This document shows positions 49,258 to 59,805 of a stretch of 64,000 bases of DNA, in pieces (positions within the stretch are counted from its first letter, which is position 1; each line of letters opens with the position of its first letter). Source of the DNA: Candidatus Omnitrophota bacterium (lineage in GTDB: Bacteria > Omnitrophota > Gorgyraeia > JACQQV01); NCBI GenBank assembly GCA_016206785.1, contig JACQQV010000008.1, positions 4,402 to 68,401 of the forward strand, read 5' to 3'. Made by a program: the position numbers and the translations under genes. The notes beneath the pieces were generated by a model that worked only from the letters and a program-made list of their open reading frames with translations, ran no database searches and was not told the origin of the DNA.

Positions 49258-49938
49258 TTGGGAATCAGGGAAAAGATTTTATCCATTCGAGAAAGGATTG
49301 AGCGCTCCAAACGGAATGCCCCGGAGTTAAACACCCCTGTTCTTTTGGTGGGGGTTACAAAGGGGGTCGGACTTGAGAGACTTCGAGAGGCGATTCAAGG
49401 AGGACTCGGTGATCTGGGAGAGAATCGCGTTTTAGAAGCGCAAGGAAAAATCTCCCACGTACAGGAGGGTGTTCAGTGGCACATGGTGGGACACCTCCAA
49501 AGAAATAAGGTGAGAGATGCGATACAACTTTTCCATCTTATCCACTCGGTCGATTCTCTTCGCTTGGCCCAAGCGATTGAGAAAGAGGCCTCTCTCGTTG
49601 GAAAAGAAGTTCCGGTCCTCCTCCAGGTAAACCTTCAGGGGAAAACCGCTCCGTTTGGCGCTTCTGTGGACTCCGCGGCATTTCTTGTGAAAGAAATTTC
49701 TTCATTGAAACATCTGAAACTCTCGGGACTCATGACGATCGCCCCCCTCACGGAAGATCCAGAAAAGACGCGTCCTTATTTTAGACGCCTCTGGGAATTG
49801 AAGAAAGCGCTTGAGAGAGAAAACCCTTCGCTGGCATTGCGGTACCTTTCGATGGGAATGAGTCAAGATTTTGAGGTCGCCATCGAAGAAGGGGCAAATG
49901 TGGTGAGGATTGGAAGGGCTATTTTTGGTACAGGGTAA
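49258..49938 (+). CDS. yggS: PLP homeostasis protein
   Basis: VTK (PLP Lys), GENRV, WHMVGHLQRNK, GLMT, LSMGMS and VRIGRAIFG. Confidence 0.95.
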   Translation: MGIREKILSIRERIERSKRNAPELNTPVLLVGVTKGVGLERLREAIQGGLGDLGENRVLEAQGKISHVQEGVQWHMVGHLQRNKVRDAIQLFHLIHSVDSLRLAQAIEKEASLVGKEVPVLLQVNLQGKTAPFGASVDSAAFLVKEISSLKHLKLSGLMTIAPLTEDPEKTRPYFRRLWELKKALERENPSLALRYLSMGMSQDFEVAIEEGANVVRIGRAIFGTG

Positions 49939-49962
49939 AAGGTACAAAGTACAAGGGAAAGC

Positions 49963-50778
49963 GTGAAGACATTACGAAGAGTGACGATCGGGATTATCGG
50001 CGGGGGAAATATGGGAGAGGCGTTATTGTCCGGTCTCCTGAACCATCGTCTTGTTTCGAAGAACCAGATAGGGGTGGGGGAAGAGGCCGCTTCAAAACGG
50101 AAATCCCTCGCAAGGCGTTACGGTGTTTTTGTGACTGCGGACAATCGGCGGCTCGCTGATCGGAGTGGGGTAGTGATTCTTGCGGTAAAACCGCAACAGA
50201 TGGAAAAGGTGCTGAAGGGGATTTTCCCTCTTTGGAAAAGGCCCCTTGTCATTTCCATTGCGGCAGGGGTGCGGCTCTCGTTTCTGAGAAGGCACTTGGG
50301 AGATCTTCCGATGATCCGTGTCATGCCGAATCTGGCGGCGGCCGTCGGAGAGGCGATCTCAGCCATGTCTCAAGGACGCTTCGCCACCCGATCCCATCGC
50401 TTCATGGCAGAAGCGATCTTTCAATCTGTCGGTGAGACGGTCTGGGTGGAGGAATCGAAGTTGGATGCTGTGACGGCTCTCAGCGGAAGCGGCCCTGCCT
50501 ATGTGGCAAGTTTTATGAGAGCGCTTGAGGAAGGCGCTCGGCAGGTCGGTCTTCCACGGGATCTTTCTCTCCGTCTCATTCAGAAGACCTTTCAGGGGAG
50601 CCTCACTTACCTCCTCAAGAAAGGGCTTGATCCCAATTCCTTTATTCAAAAAGTCGCCTCCAAAGGAGGAACCACGGAAGCGGCCCTTCGGGTGTTTCGG
50701 TCTCGTCGTCTTTCTCAAACCGTTGCCTTGGCCCTCCGCCGGGCTGCGGCACGTTCACGGCAACTTTCGAAAGGGTGA
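49963..50778 (+). CDS. proC: Pyrroline-5-carboxylate reductase
   Basis: IGGGNMG, LAVKPQ, RVMPN, SGSGPAY and VASKGGTT. Confidence 0.96.
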   Translation: MKTLRRVTIGIIGGGNMGEALLSGLLNHRLVSKNQIGVGEEAASKRKSLARRYGVFVTADNRRLADRSGVVILAVKPQQMEKVLKGIFPLWKRPLVISIAAGVRLSFLRRHLGDLPMIRVMPNLAAAVGEAISAMSQGRFATRSHRFMAEAIFQSVGETVWVEESKLDAVTALSGSGPAYVASFMRALEEGARQVGLPRDLSLRLIQKTFQGSLTYLLKKGLDPNSFIQKVASKGGTTEAALRVFRSRRLSQTVALALRRAAARSRQLSKG

Positions 50779-50782
50779 AGCC

Positions 50783-51085
50783 ATGTTTATTCTCTCGAAT
50801 TTTCTGGCGAGTGTGGCACGTCTTTTGGAAGTCGCACTCACCATTTTCTACTGGTTGATGCTCATCCGGTGCCTGATCAGTTGGGTGAACCCCGATCCTT
50901 ATAATAGCCTTGTACAATTTCTCTACAAAGTGACGGAACCGGTTTTAGCACCCATCCGACGGGTGATCCCGATGGCATGGGGAATAGGTTTTGATCTTTC
51001 TCCCCTCATCGCCTTTTTACTTCTACTCTTCCTTCAATCTTTTTTGGTCAGAACCCTCCTCGATCTCGCGGCACGCATCAGGTAA
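50783..51085 (+). CDS. yggT: YggT/YlmG family membrane protein
   Basis: ISWVNPDPYN, TEPVLAPIRR and DLSPLIA. Confidence 0.92.
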   Translation: MFILSNFLASVARLLEVALTIFYWLMLIRCLISWVNPDPYNSLVQFLYKVTEPVLAPIRRVIPMAWGIGFDLSPLIAFLLLLFLQSFLVRTLLDLAARIR

Positions 51086-51098
51086 CCCAGGAACGGTG

Positions 51099-51920
51099 AT
51101 GAAGGACTTAAGAGAGAAAATCGGAGAATCGCTTGAAGCGGTTCAAAGAAAGGCCAAAGGGAAATGGGAGATCGGGATCATTTTGGGAACAGGTCTGGGC
51201 CAATTGGCACGAAAGGTCACCCAGAAAAAGGAGATGGATTATCAGGAGATTCCTCATTTTCCTCACACGACCGCCCTGACGCATACCGGGCGGCTCATCC
51301 TCGGTAAGATCGGGAAAAAAAGGGTGGTGGCCATGGAAGGGCGGTTCCATTATTATGAAGGGTATTCTCTTGCAGAGGTGACCTACCCGGTCCGGGTGAT
51401 GCACCAATTGGGCTGTCGCGCTTTAATCGTTTCCAACGCCGCCGGCGGTCTCAATCCCAACTTTTCGGGGGGGGACCTCATGGTGATTACCGATCATATC
51501 AATCTCATGGGGGTGAATCCACTTATCGGACCGAATGAAGAATGGTTGGGGTCCCGGTTTCCGGATATGTCTGAACCGTACGACACCCGCCTCATTCGGG
51601 TGGCGGAGTCGGTCGCATCTTCCCTCCGGATGAAATTGCACAGAGGGGTCTATGTCGGTGTCACAGGCCCGAACCTTGAGACAAAAGCCGAATACCGGTT
51701 TCTCAGACAGATCGGCTCAGATGCGGTCGGGATGTCCACCGTTCCGGAGGTGATCGTTGCACGCCATTGCGGCATGCGTGTGCTGGGGATCAGTTGCATC
51801 ACGGATCTCTGTGATCCCGATGCCCTGGAAGTGGCTGATATTGAAAAAATCATTCGTGTCGCGAAGGCGTCCGAGCCGAAATTGACGAAACTTGTTATGA
51901 AAGTTATCGAATCTCTGTGA
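51099..51920 (+). CDS. Purine-nucleoside phosphorylase (trimeric type)
   Basis: IILGTGLG, GRFHYYEGY, SNAAGG, DHIN, GPNLET.AE and VGMSTVPE. Confidence 0.93.
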   Translation: MKDLREKIGESLEAVQRKAKGKWEIGIILGTGLGQLARKVTQKKEMDYQEIPHFPHTTALTHTGRLILGKIGKKRVVAMEGRFHYYEGYSLAEVTYPVRVMHQLGCRALIVSNAAGGLNPNFSGGDLMVITDHINLMGVNPLIGPNEEWLGSRFPDMSEPYDTRLIRVAESVASSLRMKLHRGVYVGVTGPNLETKAEYRFLRQIGSDAVGMSTVPEVIVARHCGMRVLGISCITDLCDPDALEVADIEKIIRVAKASEPKLTKLVMKVIESL

Positions 51921-52098
51921 GGCGGGTCCTGGCTCCTGGTGTGGTTCGTCGCACCGCTTGCGGCGCCCAGCGTGCGCCGCTGCGCTTGAATGCTCGGCCT
52001 CGCTCCTCCCCGCCTTCGGCGGGGGTGACCATGCCCGCTCGGCCTGCGCACATACGTCTCACCACAACCAGTCGCCACTCGCTCCAAATGGATGACCC
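51921..52098. other. GC-rich structured intergenic element upstream of ileS
   Basis: Long-range complement CTGGTGTGGT (51936-45) / ACCACAACCAG (52061-71); hairpin CCCCGCC-TTC-GGCGGGG (52008-24); direct repeat GCTCGGCCT (51992 and 52037). Confidence 0.55.
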
Positions 52099-54870
52099 AT
52101 GATTGAAAAAATGGACTACAAATCGACGCTGAATTTACCGAAAACCGATTTCCCGATGAAGGCAAATCTCAACACCCTCGAACCGAAGATGCTCGCCTAC
52201 TGGGAGCATCAGAATCTCTACGGGGAGATCCGGGAAAAAAGAAAGACAAAACCGAAATATATCCTCCATGATGGACCCCCCTATGCCAATGGAGACATCC
52301 ATATCGGGCATGCCCTGAACAAGATCCTCAAGGACATTATCGTGAAGTATGAGACGATGAAAGGTCTGGATGCCCCTTATGTGCCGGGATGGGATTGTCA
52401 TGGAATGCCGATCGAGCATGCCCTCTTTGAGAAACTCGGGAAGAAAAAACAGGATATCGACCGGATCGCGTTTCGGGAAAAGGCAAAAGAGTTTGCACTT
52501 CAATTTGTGGACAAGCAACGGGAGCAATTCAAGCGGCTAGGCGTTTTTGGAGACTGGAAACGACCCTATCTGACCCTGGACCCCAAGTATGAAGAGAGGA
52601 TCATTCGGGTTTTCAAGGAGCTTTATCTTAAAGGGTATATTTACCGACGGAAAAAGCCGGTTTACTGGTGTGCCACCTGCGAGACGGCTCTCGCAGAAGC
52701 GGAGGTGGAATACGAGGATCGGCAGGATACTTCGATTTATGTGAAATTTGAAATTTCAAAAGGGCTTTATTTTGTCATCTGGACGACGACCCCCTGGACA
52801 CTTCCTGCAAATCTCGCGGTGGCCCTCCATCCGGGAAAAAGATATCATGCCGTCGAAGTTGGGAAACGGGAGACTTGGATCTTGGCGGAAGAACGGGTCC
52901 ACCCGGTCCTTGAGAGTCTGGGGAGGAAAGCGGTCACGACGGTCTGGTCTCAGGAAGGAGAAAAACTCATCGGAACAAAATATATCCGGCCCTGTTCTTC
53001 AGAATTAGGGCAGGCGGTCGTCTCAGAATTTGTCTCTATGGAGGAAGGGACCGGCATCGTGCATATCGCCCCTGGCCACGGAGAGGAAGATTATCACATA
53101 GGACTTAAAAATAACCTCCCCATTTTTTCTCCAGTCGATCAGAGCGGAAATTTTACAGAGGAAGCCCCTCTTCCTTTTCTCAAAGGAAAAAATGTTTTTC
53201 AAGCCAACGGTGAGATCATTCAGGAACTGAAGAAAAGGGAAACACTCCTTTTCGAAGAAAAGATTTCTCACTCCTACCCCCATTGCTGGCGCTGCAAGGA
53301 GCCGATCATTTTTCGTGCGACGGAGCAATGGTTCTTGAATGTCGAGAAAGAGGATTTACGGAAACGTCTCCTTGAGGCGACGGAATCCGTGACCTGGACC
53401 CCCGGCTACGGAAAGAGCCGGATTCAGGGCATGCTCTCTGCGAGGCCTGACTGGTGTCTTTCAAGACAGAGGTATTGGGGGACACCGATTCCGATTGTTA
53501 CCTGCAGCCGTTGCAAAAAGGTCGTCGAGGAACGTTCTTTTTTTGACCGGGTGGAGAAAATTTTTGGCGCGGTCGGATCGGATGCGTGGTTTAAGAAACC
53601 TGTGGAAGAGTTTCTGCCGAAGGGGTTCCGATGTCCCTGTGGCTCCGTCCAATTTGAAAAGGAGGAGGATATTCTGGATGTCTGGTTCGAGTCAGGGGTA
53701 AGTTATGAAGCGGTCTTGAAAACAGATACGGAGCGTCTCGGTTATCCCGCTTCTCTGTATTTGGAAGGGTCTGATCAACATCGGGGATGGTTTCAAGTAT
53801 CGCTTATCCCTGCGGTCGCCAATGAAGGGAAGCCCCCTTACCGCCAAGTTTTGACCCACGGTTTTGTGATGGATGGCGAAGGACTCAAGATGTCAAAGTC
53901 GAGGGGGAATGTGGTGAGTCCTCAGGAGGTGATTGAGAAATATGGCGCAGATGTTCTGCGTCTCTGGGTCTTTTCAAGCCAATACGGCGAAGATGTTCGG
54001 ATCTCAGAGGAAATTCTGGAGCGGACCGCAGATGCCTATCGCAAAATTCGCAACACATTTAAATACCTTTTGGGAAATCTCTACGATTTTCGGAAAGAGG
54101 ACCTCCTAGAACATCGCCGTCTCCTGGAAGTGGACCGGTGGGCCCTTTCGAAACTGGCGGAACTCCTCCAGAGGGTGACGGAGGCGATGGAGAGTTTCGA
54201 ATTCCACAAAGCGCACCAAGCGATCCACCAATTCTGTGTGGTAGAGATGTCTTCTTTTTATCTTGATATTTTGAAGGATCGGCTATATACTTTAAAGTTC
54301 GACGACCTCAAGCGGCGTTCGGCCCAAACCGCTCTTTACCATATTTTAAATAGTCTCGCACGGATCCTGGCCCCCGTTCTCTCCTTTACCGTGGAAGAGG
54401 TTGCGCAGACGCGGACGGTCGAAACGGCTTCGATGCATCTTCTGGATTGGCCCAAGCCGGAAAAGGGATGGTTGGACCCCTCTCTGGAGAAGCGATGGGA
54501 GACCCTGCTTCTTTTAAGGGATGGGGTGCTCAAAGAAATCGAGAAGTTCCGCGCGGAAGGGAAGTGCGGCAGCTCTCTAGAGACCTCTCTCCGTTTCTTC
54601 CTCCAGAAGGGGGGAAGCTTTGATTGGCTTGAAGGAGAGGGTGAAGCTCTAACGATGCTTCTTATCGTTTCGGATGTCGCCTTTGAAAAGGTGGCGCAAC
54701 TTCCAGCGGGGAGTCCTCTTCCAGTGCTGGAGGGGATCGGCGTCCAGGTGGAGCGCTCCAGCGGAAAAAAATGTCTCCGATGTTGGAACTGGCGCCAGAG
54801 CGTCGGTAACGACCCGGAGCATCCCAAACTGTGCGATCGGTGTACTCATGTCATTCGATCACTTTCTTAA
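52099..54870 (+). CDS. ileS: Isoleucine--tRNA ligase (bacterial type 1)
   Basis: DGPPYANG.IHIGH, WTTTPWTLP, DWCLSRQRYWG, EGSDQHRGWF, KMSKS and a C-terminal Zn finger. Confidence 0.97.
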   Translation: MIEKMDYKSTLNLPKTDFPMKANLNTLEPKMLAYWEHQNLYGEIREKRKTKPKYILHDGPPYANGDIHIGHALNKILKDIIVKYETMKGLDAPYVPGWDCHGMPIEHALFEKLGKKKQDIDRIAFREKAKEFALQFVDKQREQFKRLGVFGDWKRPYLTLDPKYEERIIRVFKELYLKGYIYRRKKPVYWCATCETALAEAEVEYEDRQDTSIYVKFEISKGLYFVIWTTTPWTLPANLAVALHPGKRYHAVEVGKRETWILAEERVHPVLESLGRKAVTTVWSQEGEKLIGTKYIRPCSSELGQAVVSEFVSMEEGTGIVHIAPGHGEEDYHIGLKNNLPIFSPVDQSGNFTEEAPLPFLKGKNVFQANGEIIQELKKRETLLFEEKISHSYPHCWRCKEPIIFRATEQWFLNVEKEDLRKRLLEATESVTWTPGYGKSRIQGMLSARPDWCLSRQRYWGTPIPIVTCSRCKKVVEERSFFDRVEKIFGAVGSDAWFKKPVEEFLPKGFRCPCGSVQFEKEEDILDVWFESGVSYEAVLKTDTERLGYPASLYLEGSDQHRGWFQVSLIPAVANEGKPPYRQVLTHGFVMDGEGLKMSKSRGNVVSPQEVIEKYGADVLRLWVFSSQYGEDVRISEEILERTADAYRKIRNTFKYLLGNLYDFRKEDLLEHRRLLEVDRWALSKLAELLQRVTEAMESFEFHKAHQAIHQFCVVEMSSFYLDILKDRLYTLKFDDLKRRSAQTALYHILNSLARILAPVLSFTVEEVAQTRTVETASMHLLDWPKPEKGWLDPSLEKRWETLLLLRDGVLKEIEKFRAEGKCGSSLETSLRFFLQKGGSFDWLEGEGEALTMLLIVSDVAFEKVAQLPAGSPLPVLEGIGVQVERSSGKKCLRCWNWRQSVGNDPEHPKLCDRCTHVIRSLS

Positions 54871-54884
54871 TTGAGGAGGTTTCA

Positions 54885-55271
54885 ATGAACAAAAAGGAAT
54901 TTGAGACGTTTCGAGAGATGCTTTTGGAGAAACGTCAGTCGGTCCTTGAGAATATTCAGCAGATTGAGAAGAACACTCTCAAGAAATCTCCGCGGGAGGC
55001 GAGCGGGGATCTCTCCGGCTACACCTACCATATGGCGGACATGGCGACGGACAATTATGACACGGAACTTTCTCTCAACCTCGCTTCGAGCGAACAACGG
55101 GTCCTTCACGAAATCGATGAGGCCTTGAAGCGGATTGAAGAGGGAACCTACGGCGATTGTCTCGACTGTGGTAAGAAAATCAGTCAGCAGCGGCTCAAGG
55201 CGGTTCCCTACACCACTTATTGCATTACCTGTCAGGAGAAGCAGGAGAAAAAGGAGAAGGAAAAGATGTGA
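54885..55271 (+). CDS. dksA: TraR/DksA family C4 zinc-finger protein
   Basis: Coiled coil with HMADMATD at the tip; GTYGDC..C...RLKAVP...C..C; RBS GAGGAGG. Confidence 0.85.
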   Translation: MNKKEFETFREMLLEKRQSVLENIQQIEKNTLKKSPREASGDLSGYTYHMADMATDNYDTELSLNLASSEQRVLHEIDEALKRIEEGTYGDCLDCGKKISQQRLKAVPYTTYCITCQEKQEKKEKEKM

Positions 55272-55699
55272 TTCGGATCATTCTCCTTGTTGTTTTTCTC
55301 CTCGACCAGCTCTCAAAGAGTTTTGTTCTTCGTCATATGTCCCTCAACCAATCGATTCCCGTTCTTCCGCCGATATTCTCGATCACCCTCATCGCCAACA
55401 CGGGGGTTGCCTTCGGCCTTTTTAAGGAAAAATCGGACCTCTTTGTCTGGGTGGGTCTCCTCGTCCTTTTCTGGATTTATCAAGTGACGCGACATACCCC
55501 CCTCGAAAACCGATGGGCCAAGGTCGGAGTGGGGCTTATCTCCGGGGGGGCGCTGGGGAATCTTTTGGATCGGCTCCGCCACGGCTATGTCGTCGATTTT
55601 TTAGATTTCCGCGTCTGGCCCGTTTTTAACATTGCGGATAGTTGCATTTTCATCGGGACGCTCCTTTTTCTCATCGTCTGTTTTAAACCGTCTCATTAA
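55268..55699 (+). CDS. lspA: Lipoprotein signal peptidase II
   Basis: DQLSK, NTGVAFG, GALGNLLDR, VVDFL and FNIAD. Confidence 0.95.
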   Translation: MIRIILLVVFLLDQLSKSFVLRHMSLNQSIPVLPPIFSITLIANTGVAFGLFKEKSDLFVWVGLLVLFWIYQVTRHTPLENRWAKVGVGLISGGALGNLLDRLRHGYVVDFLDFRVWPVFNIADSCIFIGTLLFLIVCFKPSH

Positions 55700-55701
55700 C
55701 G

Positions 55702-56433
55702 ATGCATCCAATCCTTTTTTCAGTCTGGATTTTTACCATTTATTCCTTCGGAACGCTCTTGGCGGTGGGGTATCTCTTCGCCGCATTCCTCCTCTTCCGA
55801 GACGCCCGTCGAAGGGGAAAGGACCCTGCGTCCCTCCTCGATCTTGGGACAGGTCTTCTTCTTTCGGGGCTTTTGGGGGCACGGCTCCTCTATATTTTTC
55901 TTCATCTGGAAGAGTATCTGGAGGACCCCTTAGAAGTTTTCAGGCTCCAGCGTGGGGGTCTTGTTTTCTATGGGGGGCTTGCCGCGGCAGTTGTCTTCGC
56001 AATCCTTTTTATCCAACGGAAAAGACTTCCTCTTTGGCAGACCCTGGATGAGATCGTTCCCTATGCGACTTTGGTTCAGGCATTTGGACGGATCGGTTGT
56101 TTTCTCAATGGCTGCTGTTATGGAAAACCGACCCTCTCCCGAATCGGTATTCTTTTCCCAGGGCACCCCGTTCCACTTCATCCGACTCAGCTTTACGAAT
56201 CGTTTTCTCTTTTCATTCTTTTTATTCTGTTTCGCTCCCTGGCTCAAAAAAGGGCCCTTCCCGTCGGGAGACTCTTTGTCCTCTATCTTTTTTCTTACGG
56301 ACTCCTCAGATTTATCGTAGAATTTTTTAGGGGGGATCAGGACCTTTGGATGTGGGGATGGACTCTTCCACAGGGGGTCAGTCTTTTCCTCATAGGTCTT
56401 TCTCTCATGCTTTGGAAGAGAGGTCTTTCGTGA
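55702..56433 (+). CDS. lgt: Prolipoprotein diacylglyceryl transferase
   Basis: GARLLY, GGLVFYGG, GRIGCFLNGCCYG, HPTQLYE and RFIVEFFR. Confidence 0.93.
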   Translation: MHPILFSVWIFTIYSFGTLLAVGYLFAAFLLFRDARRRGKDPASLLDLGTGLLLSGLLGARLLYIFLHLEEYLEDPLEVFRLQRGGLVFYGGLAAAVVFAILFIQRKRLPLWQTLDEIVPYATLVQAFGRIGCFLNGCCYGKPTLSRIGILFPGHPVPLHPTQLYESFSLFILFILFRSLAQKRALPVGRLFVLYLFSYGLLRFIVEFFRGDQDLWMWGWTLPQGVSLFLIGLSLMLWKRGLS

Positions 56434-57338
56434 AACAGCACTACGCCTTCACGGTTCAAGGTCATCCAGGGAAACGACTCGACCGCTACCTTCTCGATCA
56501 TCTTCCAAAGACTATTTCTCGGTCTCAACTCCATCGACTCTTTGATCAAGGAAAGGTTCAAGTCAATGGGAAGGCGATCAAGCCTCACCATGCTGTGGCT
56601 GCAGGGGAGACAATCGAAGTGGACTATCTTCCTCCCCCAGGTCCCTCACTCCTTCCAGAGCATCTGCCGCTTACGATCGTCTTTGAAGACCCTTATCTTT
56701 TGGTCATCGACAAGGAGGCGGGGAGGGTGGTGCATCCTGCGGCGGGGAACTGGTCTGGCACGTTGGTGAACGCGCTTCTTTACCATGCCGAGGAACTTTC
56801 AACGCTCTCTGGACCTTTTCGGCCTGGCATTGTCCACCGGCTCGATAAAGACACTTCAGGTCTCCTGGTCTGCGCAAAGAATGACGTGGTTCACAGAGAC
56901 CTTGCAGAGCAGTTTGAGAAAAGAGCGATCCAGAGGAGTTATCTTGCCCTTGTGAAAGGGATCGTTCAATTTGACGAAGGGGTTGTTGATCTTCCGATCG
57001 GTCGTTCCCGGCGTGATCGGAAAAAATTTTCGGTACGGGTGATAGAAGGGAAGGTGGCGGTCACCCATTACGAAGTGATCAAACGACTGAAAGATTTCAC
57101 GTTTTTGAAACTGAGACTTGAGACCGGCAGAACCCATCAGATCCGGGTCCATATGGCGCATCTCGGCCATCCCCTTCTGGGAGACCGTACCTACGGCTCG
57201 GCGCAGGGCCTCTCCCGTCAGGCGCTTCATGCACAGACCCTGGGATTTTATCATCCCATCACGAAAGAATTCCTGGAGTTTGAAAGTCCCCTTCCCGAGG
57301 ACATGAAACGGTTGGTTGAAAAGGGGTCTCTCCGATGA
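56430..57338 (+). CDS. rluD: RluA-family 23S rRNA pseudouridine synthase with an S4 domain
   Basis: RLDRYL (S4), RPGIVHRLDKDTSG, TGRTHQIRVH and RQALHA. Confidence 0.9.
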   Translation: MKQHYAFTVQGHPGKRLDRYLLDHLPKTISRSQLHRLFDQGKVQVNGKAIKPHHAVAAGETIEVDYLPPPGPSLLPEHLPLTIVFEDPYLLVIDKEAGRVVHPAAGNWSGTLVNALLYHAEELSTLSGPFRPGIVHRLDKDTSGLLVCAKNDVVHRDLAEQFEKRAIQRSYLALVKGIVQFDEGVVDLPIGRSRRDRKKFSVRVIEGKVAVTHYEVIKRLKDFTFLKLRLETGRTHQIRVHMAHLGHPLLGDRTYGSAQGLSRQALHAQTLGFYHPITKEFLEFESPLPEDMKRLVEKGSLR

Positions 57339-58624
57339 AGATGGAAAACTTAACCGTTTCTCCGATTCAAAAATTCTCAAAGACCCTTCCCCTGCCGGGG
57401 GATAAATCGATCTCCCATCGGGCCGCGATGCTGGGAGCGATCGCAAAGGGAAAAACCGAAATCCGGAATTTTCTCGTTGCCGAAGACTGCCTCCACACCG
57501 TCAAAGCGTTTCAAAAAATGGGAGTCGAAACCTCTTTTCAAGGGAAAGATCAGTTGACCATTAAGGGAAGAGGACTCCATGGACTTAAAAGACCCGGCGG
57601 ACCGATTTATCTCGGAAATTCTGGGACCTCGATGCGGCTCCTCTTGGGAATTCTTGCAGGACAACCTTTTTCTGCAACTGTTACCGGAGATCCTTCTCTT
57701 TCACAGAGGCCGATGCGACGCGTCGTCTTTCCGTTGGAGAAGATGGGTGCAGCCATCGAGGGGAAGGGAGGAGAGCATTTTGCACCGCTGACCATTCGGG
57801 GAGGCGTCCTTAAGGGAATTCGTTATCACCTGCCGGTGCCGAGTGCACAGGTTAAATCAGCAATCCTTCTCGCAGGATTATATGCAGAGGGAATAACGTC
57901 GGTGATCGAATCGTCTAAGACAAGGGACCACACAGAAAGGATGCTTCAGCATTTTGGGAAAAAACTTGCCGTGAGGGGCTTAACTGTTTCTCTCAAAGGG
58001 AATGGAGAACTGGAAGGATCCCGCGTGGCGGTTCCAGGAGACATTTCAAGCGCCGCCTTTTTCATTGTTCTGGCGAGTGCCTTGGAAGGATCAAAACTCA
58101 TTGTGCACAATGTCGGGGTCAATCCAACGCGCATCGGATTTATCCGGGTCCTTAAGCGGATGGGGGCAGACATCACCCTTATTCCAAAAAAAGAAAGCCG
58201 CGAGAAAGGAGAACCGGAGGGGGACATCGAGGTGAGAGGAAGGAATCTTAAGGGTACCACCGTGCTCGCTTCGGAAATTCCGGGTCTCATTGATGAGCTT
58301 CCGATCCTCATGGTTGCCGGAGCCTGCGCGAAAGGGAAGACCCAATTCCAACAGGCCTCGGAACTCCGGGTCAAAGAGACCGACCGGATCTACTCCATGG
58401 TGACCAATCTGCGAAAGATGGGAGTCTCCATTTGGAATGAGTCGGATGACGTGATCATCGATGGAGGTAAGCCATTTCATGGCAGTACGTTACAGAGTTA
58501 CAAAGACCACCGGACCGCCATGAGCCTTGCCGTGGCGGGTCGACTCGCCCAGAAGGGGAAGACCCTCATTCGGGATGTCGCCTGCATCCGAACCTCGTTT
58601 CCCGACTTTATAAATTTGATTTGA
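57335..58624 (+). CDS. aroA: EPSP synthase (class II)
   Basis: [41 protein letters not shown] and DHRTAM. Confidence 0.97.
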   Translation: MKMENLTVSPIQKFSKTLPLPGDKSISHRAAMLGAIAKGKTEIRNFLVAEDCLHTVKAFQKMGVETSFQGKDQLTIKGRGLHGLKRPGGPIYLGNSGTSMRLLLGILAGQPFSATVTGDPSLSQRPMRRVVFPLEKMGAAIEGKGGEHFAPLTIRGGVLKGIRYHLPVPSAQVKSAILLAGLYAEGITSVIESSKTRDHTERMLQHFGKKLAVRGLTVSLKGNGELEGSRVAVPGDISSAAFFIVLASALEGSKLIVHNVGVNPTRIGFIRVLKRMGADITLIPKKESREKGEPEGDIEVRGRNLKGTTVLASEIPGLIDELPILMVAGACAKGKTQFQQASELRVKETDRIYSMVTNLRKMGVSIWNESDDVIIDGGKPFHGSTLQSYKDHRTAMSLAVAGRLAQKGKTLIRDVACIRTSFPDFINLI

Positions 58625-58648
58625 CACTCCCCTCCTGCGGAGTATAAT
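58621..58648 (+). promoter_or_regulatory. Sigma70-type promoter of the mre operon
   Basis: TTGACA-16 bp-TATAAT; the -35 overlaps the aroA stop codon. Confidence 0.75.
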
Positions 58649-58685
58649 AAAAGATTGCAATTTTTTACTCCTTTCGGAGAAAAAG

Positions 58686-59795
58686 ATGGTCGTCAAACTC
58701 TTTCCAAACGGGAAAACGCCTGAAGCCCTTCTCAAAGGGATGGAGCTGGCCAAAAGATCCTACCAATATGTGGCCAGCCTTTTCTCGAACGACATGGGGA
58801 TCGATCTCGGAACCGCGAATACGTTGATCTATCTGCGGGGGAAGGGGATTGTCCTCTGTGAACCCTCCGTTGTGGCGATCAAGAAGGGGAGCTCCAAAGT
58901 CTGCGCGGTCGGAGAAGAGGCGAAGCGGATGCTCGGTCGCACCCCTGGAAATATTGTAGCCATCCGTCCGATGAAAGACGGGGTCATCACCGATTTCGAA
59001 GTTACGGAAGGGATGCTCCGTCATTTTATTCGCAAGGTTCAGACGCGCACGGTCCTGACTTCTCCGCGGATTGTGGTCGCAGTTCCCTCGGGTCTCACAG
59101 AAGTGGAACGGCGGGCGGTAAAAGATTCTGCCTTAAGTGCCGGGGCGAGCAAGGTGATTCTCGTCGAGGAACCTCGCGCGGCTGCCATCGGCGTCGGACT
59201 TCCGATTTATGAGCCTTTCGGCAATATGGTCATCGACATCGGCGGAGGGACCACCGAGATGGCGGTCTTGTCTTTGGCCGAAATTGTGGTGAGCCGCAGT
59301 ATCCGGGTGGGCGGCGATGAAATGGACGAAGCGATCATCCAATACCTTCGGAAAACCTACAATCTCATGATCGGTGAGAGGACGGCCGAAGAGATCAAAA
59401 TCAAAATAGGGTCGGCCTATCCTCTGGATGAGGAACTCAAGATGGAAGTGCGGGGACGGGACCTGGGAGCCGGCCTTCCCAAGATGCAGGTGGTGGCCTC
59501 GGAAGAGGTGCGCGAAGCCCTGCAGGATCCGATTACACAAATTGTCGATACGGTCCGTTCTACGTTGGAATCGACCCCGCCTGAACTTTCGGCGGATCTC
59601 ATTGAACGGGGAATCATCTTGGCAGGGGGGGGAGCGCTTCTGCGGGGAATTGACAAACTCCTTACGGAAGAGACGGGACTTCCTGTGCATGTGGCGGACG
59701 ATCCTCTGACGGCGGTGGCACTCGGGACAGGGATGGTCATGGATGAGCCCCGTTACCTTCGCATCCTCATGGAGGACAGCCGCCTCACCTCGTAG
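58686..59795 (+). CDS. mreB: Rod shape-determining protein MreB
   Basis: [38 protein letters not shown] and LAGGGALL. Confidence 0.97.
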   Translation: MVVKLFPNGKTPEALLKGMELAKRSYQYVASLFSNDMGIDLGTANTLIYLRGKGIVLCEPSVVAIKKGSSKVCAVGEEAKRMLGRTPGNIVAIRPMKDGVITDFEVTEGMLRHFIRKVQTRTVLTSPRIVVAVPSGLTEVERRAVKDSALSAGASKVILVEEPRAAAIGVGLPIYEPFGNMVIDIGGGTTEMAVLSLAEIVVSRSIRVGGDEMDEAIIQYLRKTYNLMIGERTAEEIKIKIGSAYPLDEELKMEVRGRDLGAGLPKMQVVASEEVREALQDPITQIVDTVRSTLESTPPELSADLIERGIILAGGGALLRGIDKLLTEETGLPVHVADDPLTAVALGTGMVMDEPRYLRILMEDSRLTS

Positions 59796-59805
59796 GTCCT
59801 CCGTG

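Noticed and set aside
52015-52040. T-box riboswitch upstream of ileS
   Set aside because: GGGGGTGACC lacks the conserved GGTGGNACC bulge, and no terminator or specifier stem is recognisable.
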